A stretch of 64,000 nucleotides of DNA from Gemmatimonadales bacterium (lineage in GTDB: Bacteria; Gemmatimonadota; Gemmatimonadetes; Gemmatimonadales; GWC2-71-9): the NCBI GenBank assembly GCA_041390205.1, contig JAWKQJ010000007.1:27777-91776 (forward strand). Direction: 5' to 3'. How positions within the stretch are numbered: position 1 is the stretch's first letter; the number at the start of each line of letters is the position of its first letter. The notes beneath the pieces were generated by a model. That model ran no database searches and was not told the origin of the DNA. It saw nothing but the letters and a program-made list of their open reading frames with translations. Below, one piece after another: positions 58,961-64,000 of the stretch. The position numbers and the translations under genes were made by a program.

Positions 58961-59635
58961 TCAGAGGTTGGCCCGCAGAAACTCGAGGGAGCGCTCCCAG
59001 GCCAGCTTGGCGGCATCCGCCTGGAAGACGGTCGGTCGGGTGTCGTTGAAGAAGGCGTGGTCGGCCTCGTACTCGTGGACCACGAACGAGCCGCCCGCCG
59101 CCCGTACGTCCGCCGCGAGCTGCCTGACCTTGGGAAGCGGGATCGAGCCGTCGCGGGTGCCGAAGTGGCCGAGCACCGGGGCCCGCACCTTGGCCGGATC
59201 GATCGGGACGTTGGGATGGATCCCGTAGAAGTCGACGACGGCGCCGACCCGGTCCGCGGCGACCACGGCCGCGTAGAGGGCGAGCTGCCCGCCCATGCAG
59301 AACCCGATCACGCCCACCCGGTCGCTGGTGGCCGCGTCGAGCGAGAGGAGGTAGTCCGCGGCGCCCCGCAGGTCCCCGGCCGCCCGATCGATGTTGAGGG
59401 CCATGAAGAGCTTGGGCGGCGTCGTCCGGCTCTTGGTCGTCTGCCTGTCGTAGAAGTCGGGCGCGAGGGCGGTGAAGCCTGCGCCGGCGAAACGATCGGT
59501 CACCTGCTTGATGTGGTCCACCAGACCCCACCACTCCTGGATCACCAGGAGCCCCGGACCGGTGCCGGCGGACGCCCGGGCCAGGTAGCCTCGAGCCGGT
59601 GTGTCCGTTGGCGGGTACCGCACCATCTCAACCAT
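58961..59635 (-). CDS. Dienelactone hydrolase family protein
   Basis: 224 aa from MVEMVRY. LVIQEWWGL, nucleophile context GFCMGG, C-terminal HAF. Confidence 0.85.
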   Translation of the reverse strand: MVEMVRYPPTDTPARGYLARASAGTGPGLLVIQEWWGLVDHIKQVTDRFAGAGFTALAPDFYDRQTTKSRTTPPKLFMALNIDRAAGDLRGAADYLLSLDAATSDRVGVIGFCMGGQLALYAAVVAADRVGAVVDFYGIHPNVPIDPAKVRAPVLGHFGTRDGSIPLPKVRQLAADVRAAGGSFVVHEYEADHAFFNDTRPTVFQADAAKLAWERSLEFLRANL

Positions 59636-59649
59636 CTCTCGCTCCTCTG

Positions 59650-60124
59650 CTATCCATGGACCTCGGCGATCACGTGGGCCGCGCGCGGCTCGGGCTCGCC
59701 GTAACGATCGGACGGCCGATACCAGCGGTGCCACTCCTCGCGGAGACAGAACGGATCGGCGCCGGGCCTGGTCCACCGCCAGCACGCCGTCCAGGTGATC
59801 GATCTCGTGCTGCAGCGCTTCGGCGCCTTCCTCGAAACTCCTCCTCGTGCCAGGCCCCCTTCACGTCCTGGTAGCGCACCCGGATCCGATGCACGCGCTG
59901 GACCCGGACCATCAGGTTGGGGAACGAAAAGCAGTCGTCCCAGACGGAGAAGTCGTCCGGCCCGATGTCGACGATCTCCGGGTTGAGCAACGCCCTCGGC
60001 TCGCCCAGTTCTCGAGGTAGACGATCCGGACCGGAGCCCCGATCTGAGGGCCGCGATTCCGCGCCCGCTCCCGGAAACGGGACTTCCAGTCGCGAAGGGT
60101 GTCCTTCAGGTCGTCGACGATCAT
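59650..60124 (-). pseudogene. def: Peptide deformylase, at least 3 frame changes as assembled
   Basis: Motifs are spread over three frames: GPQIGAPVRIVYL (ORF 59912-60124), DDCFSFPN (ORF 59670-60161), and QHEIDHLDGVL (frame of ORF 58961-59785). The C-terminal end, in a different frame again, stops at 59650-59652. Confidence 0.75.
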
Positions 60125-60377
60125 CCGGACCCGGCAGACTGGGGGGCGCTGGACGGCTCACCGGGCCCTGAGGACCGGATCACCGAGCAGTCGGATGCGG
60201 TGGACGGCGTCGGCTGGATCGGCGCTCCTGGAGGCGGGCTGGGTTCGCGAGTTTGGGAAGGTTGGCCGGGCCGCGCCCCAACATTGGTCATACCACGGTT
60301 CAGCCGAGGTTAATACAACTACTCAGTGGGCTCAGGTCCACTCTGGTCGGCCCGCAACCCGGGGCGCCACATCGGCT

Positions 60378-60406
60378 TTGACAATTCCGACAATTTCACT
60401 TAGATT
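60378..60406 (+). promoter_or_regulatory. Candidate suf operon promoter TTGACA-N17-TAGATT with an internal direct repeat GACAATT x2
   Basis: ttgaca 60378-60383, tagatt 60401-60406, gacaatt at 60380-60386 and 60389-60395. Confidence 0.45.
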
Positions 60407-60440
60407 TCAACCCCTCGGTCGAAAGAATCGCCGGGGCCCG

Positions 60441-61880
60441 CTCTCGCTTGGCAACGCTGGGGCCGTCGCGTCCGACTCTGTTGAATCACTCGTCAATCGC
60501 GAATACAAGTGGGATTCGTCACCGACATAACGAGACCGATGGTGCCGCCCGGCTTGAACGAAGCTGCTGGTCCGGCTCATCTCGAGAAGAAGCAGGAGCC
60601 GCCTTCTATGCTCGAGTGGCGGCTCCGGGCCTATCGAGCCTGGCTCAAGATGACCGAGCTGCACTGGTCCAACGTCAGCTACCCGCCGATCGACTACCAG
60701 AGCATCAGCTACTACGCGGCGCCGAAGACCAAGCAGCCGCTGGGAAGCCTGGACGAGATCGATCCTAAGCTCCGCGAGACTCTACGAGAAGCTCGGGATC
60801 CCGCTCGAGCAGAAGATTCCTCGCCGGCGTGGCTGTCGACGCGATCTTCGACTCGGTCTCGGTCGGAACCTCCCATAAGAAGGCTGCGGAGATGGGCATC
60901 ATCTTCTGCCCTTTTCCAGGCGTAGAAGGACTATCCTGACCTGGTCCAGCAGTATCTCGGGTCGGTCGTGCCGGTGACGGACAACCCCTTCGCGGCGCTC
61001 AACTCGGCGGTCTTCACGGACGGCTCGTTCGTGTTCGTCCCGAAGGGCGTCCGCCCGATGGATCTCTCCACCTACTTCCGGATCAACGCCCAGAACACCG
61101 GCAATGGAGCGGTTCCGATCGTCGCCGAAGAAGGGGCGCACGTCAGCTATCTGGAAGGTTGCACGGCGCTTCCAAGCGGGACGAGAAACCAGCTCCACGC
61201 CGCGGTGGTCGAGATCGTCGCGCTCGAAGACGCCACGGTCAAATACTCCACGGTTCGGGAACTGGTACGCGGGCGACGAAGAGGCAAGGGGCGGCATCTA
61301 CAACTCGTCACCAAGCGCGGGAAGTGGCGGGCCCCGCAGCAAGATCTCCCTGACCCAGGTCGAGACCGCCGTCCATCACCTGGAAGTATCCCAGCGCGAT
61401 CCTCCAGGGCGACGATTCGGTGGGCGAGTTCTACCCGGTCGCCGTCACCAACGGGCGTTAGTGGCCGATACCGGCACGAAGATGATCCACATCGGCCGGA
61501 ACACGCGGAGTTCATCAGTCTCGGCGGGCATCTCCGCGGGCCGGGGCCAGAACAGCTATCGCGGCCAGGTGAAGGTGATGCCGAAGGCGGATCGGGCCCG
61601 CAACTACACCCAGTGCGACAGCATGCTGATCGGCAACCGCTGCGGCGCCCATACCTTCCGCACATCGACGTGCGGAACCTGACGGCGTCGACTGAGCACG
61701 AGGCCTCGACCTCGAAGATCGGTGAAGACCAGATCTTCACTCCCGGGCAGCGCGGGCCTGACTACCGAGAACGCCATTTCGATGATCGTCAACGGCTTCA
61801 GAAGTCTTCCGCGAGCTCCCGATGGAGTTCGCCGTGGAGGGCGAGCGCCGGGCATCAGCCTCGAAGGCGCAGCGGGCTGA
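60441..61880 (+). pseudogene. sufB: Fe-S cluster assembly protein SufB, heavily frameshifted as assembled
   Basis: SufB signature stretches appear in all three frames: NREYKW|GFVTDI, MLEWRLRAYRAW, YEKLGIPLEQ, DNPFAALNSAVFTDGSFVFVPKGV, VSYLEGC, QLHAAVVEIVALEDATVKYSTV, ADTGTKMIHIGRNT, CDSMLIGNRCGAHTF, EHEASTSKIGEDQIF, ELPMEFAVE. The start is uncertain. The stop TGA is at 61878-61880. Confidence 0.85.
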
Positions 61881-61923
61881 GTCGAGTCGACGCACAAACC
61901 AATCGATTCCGGAATTCCGACAC

Positions 61924-62677
61924 ATGATGCTCCAGGCCTAACCTCCATGCTCAGCCGGCGAGAAGCTGATCCTCACAAAGGCATCGACCACGATCAACGC
62001 CGGCGAGGTCACGGACCAGGGCCTGAACGGCCCGGCAAGCATCGCTGGCCTGCAGCATCGCCGGCACCCGGCGTACGAGGTCACTGGCCGCGGGGTCGAT
62101 CACCTTCGAGGGGCAGGACCTGCTCGACATGGAGCCCGGAGGAGCGGGCCCAGGCCGGTGCTTCTGGCGTTCCAGTACCTGACCGATCCCCGGCGTCACC
62201 AACGCCTACTTCCTCCGCTCGGCCTACAACGAGCCCGCACTGGCGCGCGGCCAGGAGGAGATGGACCTGATGGACTTCCTCGATCTGCTCGAGAAGAAGC
62301 TCGAGATGGTCGAGTGGGGCCCGGAGCTGATGCAGCGCCAGGTGAACGCCGGGTTCTCCGGCGGTGAGAAAAAGCGGAACGAGATCCTCCAGATGGCGGT
62401 GCTCGAGCCCAAGCTGGCCGTGCTCGACGAGACCGACTCCGGCCTCGACATCGACGCGCTCCAGATCGTCGCCCGCGGGGTGAACGCGCTCCGGACCCCG
62501 GAGCGGGGGTTCCTGGTGGTGACCCACTACCAGCGGCTGCTCAACCACATCGTTCCGGACTTCGTGCACGTGCTGGCCGACGGGCGGATCGTCCGCTCGG
62601 GCGGCAAGGAGCTGGCGCTCGAGCTGGAGGAGAAGGGCTACGAGTGGCTCACCGGGGTCCAGGAGGCCACCGCGTGA
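61924..62677 (+). pseudogene. sufC: Fe-S cluster assembly ATPase SufC; first ~330 nt riddled with indels, remainder intact
   Basis: The intact part is ORF 62261-62677 (FSGGEKKRNEILQMAVLEP, LAVLDETDSGLDIDAL, THYQRLL). The 5' part shows recognisable but broken GEKLIL, INAGEV, a degraded Walker A, HPAYEVTG, FEGQDLLDMEP and FQYL..IPGVTNAYFLRSAYNE. Confidence 0.85.
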
Positions 62678-63993
62678 GCGAGAGCCTGGTTCGGCAGTTC
62701 GAGGCGTTCGCCGCCAACGGCGGAGGGAAGGGACCGGCGTGGCTCCGTCCGCTCCGGGAGCGGGCGATCGGCCGCTTCCGGGAGGTCGGCTTCCCGACGG
62801 CCAAGGACGAGGAGTGGCGCTTCACACCGGTCGGTCCGATCGCGAGCACCGAGTTCGCGGTCGAGTCGCCGGCGGGCACCCCGGTCCGGCTGGCCGACCT
62901 CGAGCCGTATCTCTTTGGAGAGACCGGTTGGCGGCGGCTGGTCTTCGTCGACGGCCGCTACCAGCCCGAGCTCTCGATCACCGGCGATCAGCCGGGGGTC
63001 CGAGTCCGTCCCTGGTCGGTGGCCCTGGCCGAAGACCCGGAGCTGCTCGAGCGGAATACCGCCAAGCACGTCGAGGCGGAAGCGACGGCGTTCACCGCGC
63101 TCAACACCGCGTTCATGAAAGAAGGGGCGGTGATCGAGGTGGCTCCCGGGGTCGACGCGGGGGAGCCGATCCACCTGGTGTTCGTGGCCACCGGTGCCGC
63201 CGCCCAGGTGGCGATCCAGCCGCGCAACCTGATCCTGATCGGGGCCGAGGCGAGGGCGCAGCTGGTCGAGAGCTATCTGACGCTCGCGCCGGAGTCGAGC
63301 TACCTCACCAACGCCGTCACCGAGGTGGACGTCGGGGCGAACGCGTGGGTGGAGCACGGCCGGATCCAGCGGGAGAGCGAAGCCGCGTATCACGTGGCCT
63401 TCACCCACATCGACCAGGCGCGGGACAGCCACTACCGGTCGTTCTCGCTGGTGATGGGGGGCGCGATCGCTCGCCACAACCTGCACGCGCGGCTCAACGA
63501 GCCGAACGCGGAGTCGCTGCTCTACGGGCTCTACGTGGGGCGGGGCAAGCAGCTGCTCGACAACCACACGGCCATCTTCCACGACCAGCCGGATTGCCGG
63601 AGCTGGGAGGTCTACAAGGGCGTCCTCGACGACCGGGCCCATGGCGTGTTCAACGGGAAGATCTTCGTGCAGCCCGAGGCCCAGAAGACCGACGCCAAGC
63701 AGACCAACCGGGCGCTCCTGCTCTCGGACCAGGCCTCGGTCGATACCAAGCCGCAGCTCGAGATCTTCGCGGACGACGTGAAGTGCACCCACGGGGCGGC
63801 GGTCGGGCAGATCGACGAAGCGGCCTTCTTCTATCTCCAGAGCCGCGGGATTCCCCGGGCCGAGGCCGGCCGACTCCTGACCTACGCGTTCGCCGCCGAG
63901 GTGCTGAACGAGGTGGCGTCGGCGCCAGTCCGGACGGCGCTCGAGCAGGTCGTGCACGAGCGGCTGGCCGTGGTCCACGGCGAGGAGGCGTAG
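62674..63993 (+). CDS. sufD: Fe-S cluster assembly protein SufD
   Basis: The GTG at 62674 overlaps the sufC stop (GTGA). DEEWRFT, then a C-terminal beta-helix region with DTKPQLEIFADDVKCTHGAAVGQIDEAAFFYLQSRGI. Confidence 0.9.
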   Translation: MSESLVRQFEAFAANGGGKGPAWLRPLRERAIGRFREVGFPTAKDEEWRFTPVGPIASTEFAVESPAGTPVRLADLEPYLFGETGWRRLVFVDGRYQPELSITGDQPGVRVRPWSVALAEDPELLERNTAKHVEAEATAFTALNTAFMKEGAVIEVAPGVDAGEPIHLVFVATGAAAQVAIQPRNLILIGAEARAQLVESYLTLAPESSYLTNAVTEVDVGANAWVEHGRIQRESEAAYHVAFTHIDQARDSHYRSFSLVMGGAIARHNLHARLNEPNAESLLYGLYVGRGKQLLDNHTAIFHDQPDCRSWEVYKGVLDDRAHGVFNGKIFVQPEAQKTDAKQTNRALLLSDQASVDTKPQLEIFADDVKCTHGAAVGQIDEAAFFYLQSRGIPRAEAGRLLTYAFAAEVLNEVASAPVRTALEQVVHERLAVVHGEEA

Positions 63994-64000
63994 CCGATGG

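Noticed and set aside
60125-60440. A 315-bp gap between def and sufB, checked for a small regulator gene (SufR/IscR-like) or a structured RNA.
   Set aside because: No frame gives a protein-like translation, and I see no convincing conserved RNA motif. Only the promoter-like element at 60378-60406 stands out. The region also lies in the indel-dense stretch.
61881-61923. Palindromes gtcgagtcgac and ggaattcc in the sufB-sufC spacer.
   Set aside because: They are short (8-11 bp), lie in a region of doubtful sequence quality, and have no accompanying U-tract or repeat partner. Probably chance.
1-64000. Search for CRISPR arrays, transposases, integrases, phage genes, toxin-antitoxin pairs, restriction-modification or other known defence modules, and for tRNA, rRNA or tmRNA genes.
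   Set aside because: I recognised none. Apart from the dnaN duplication there are no regularly spaced repeats or mobile-element proteins. The only structured RNA I could support is RNase P RNA. The window looks like core chromosome around the origin.

Overview
Very GC-rich bacterial chromosomal segment, possibly Gemmatimonadota-like, though I cannot verify taxonomy. It spans the replication-origin neighbourhood: mnmE-yidC-yidD-rnpA-rpmH on the minus strand diverge from dnaA on the plus strand. The rest is mostly housekeeping: mutS, ddl, polA, upp, pyrE, holA, rnpB RNA, a SUF Fe-S operon, msrB and rnd. There are also two efflux systems (a MacAB-TolC-like set and an RND pump), two Hanks-type Ser/Thr kinases, and a small accessory cluster (AraC regulator, Ddl-like ATP-grasp, arylamine N-acetyltransferase, methyltransferase, VOC protein). 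I saw no CRISPR array, transposase, integrase, tRNA or rRNA.

The most unusual observation is that dnaA is followed by two full-length, diverged dnaN (beta sliding clamp) genes in direct tandem, about 89% identical at the protein level. The only AT-rich stretch with DnaA-box-like motifs lies between the two copies, not between dnaA and the first copy. Copy 1 also differs from the canonical residues at a clamp-pocket motif.

The second notable feature is a set of short, indel-dense stretches that cross gene boundaries and break otherwise well-conserved genes: HlyD adaptor/permease, holA/SPOR protein, a kinase, an MMPL transporter, and def/sufB/sufC. These look more like local sequence-quality problems than gene-specific decay, but this needs read-level checking.

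All calls come from reading the translations and the DNA by eye. No database search was run.
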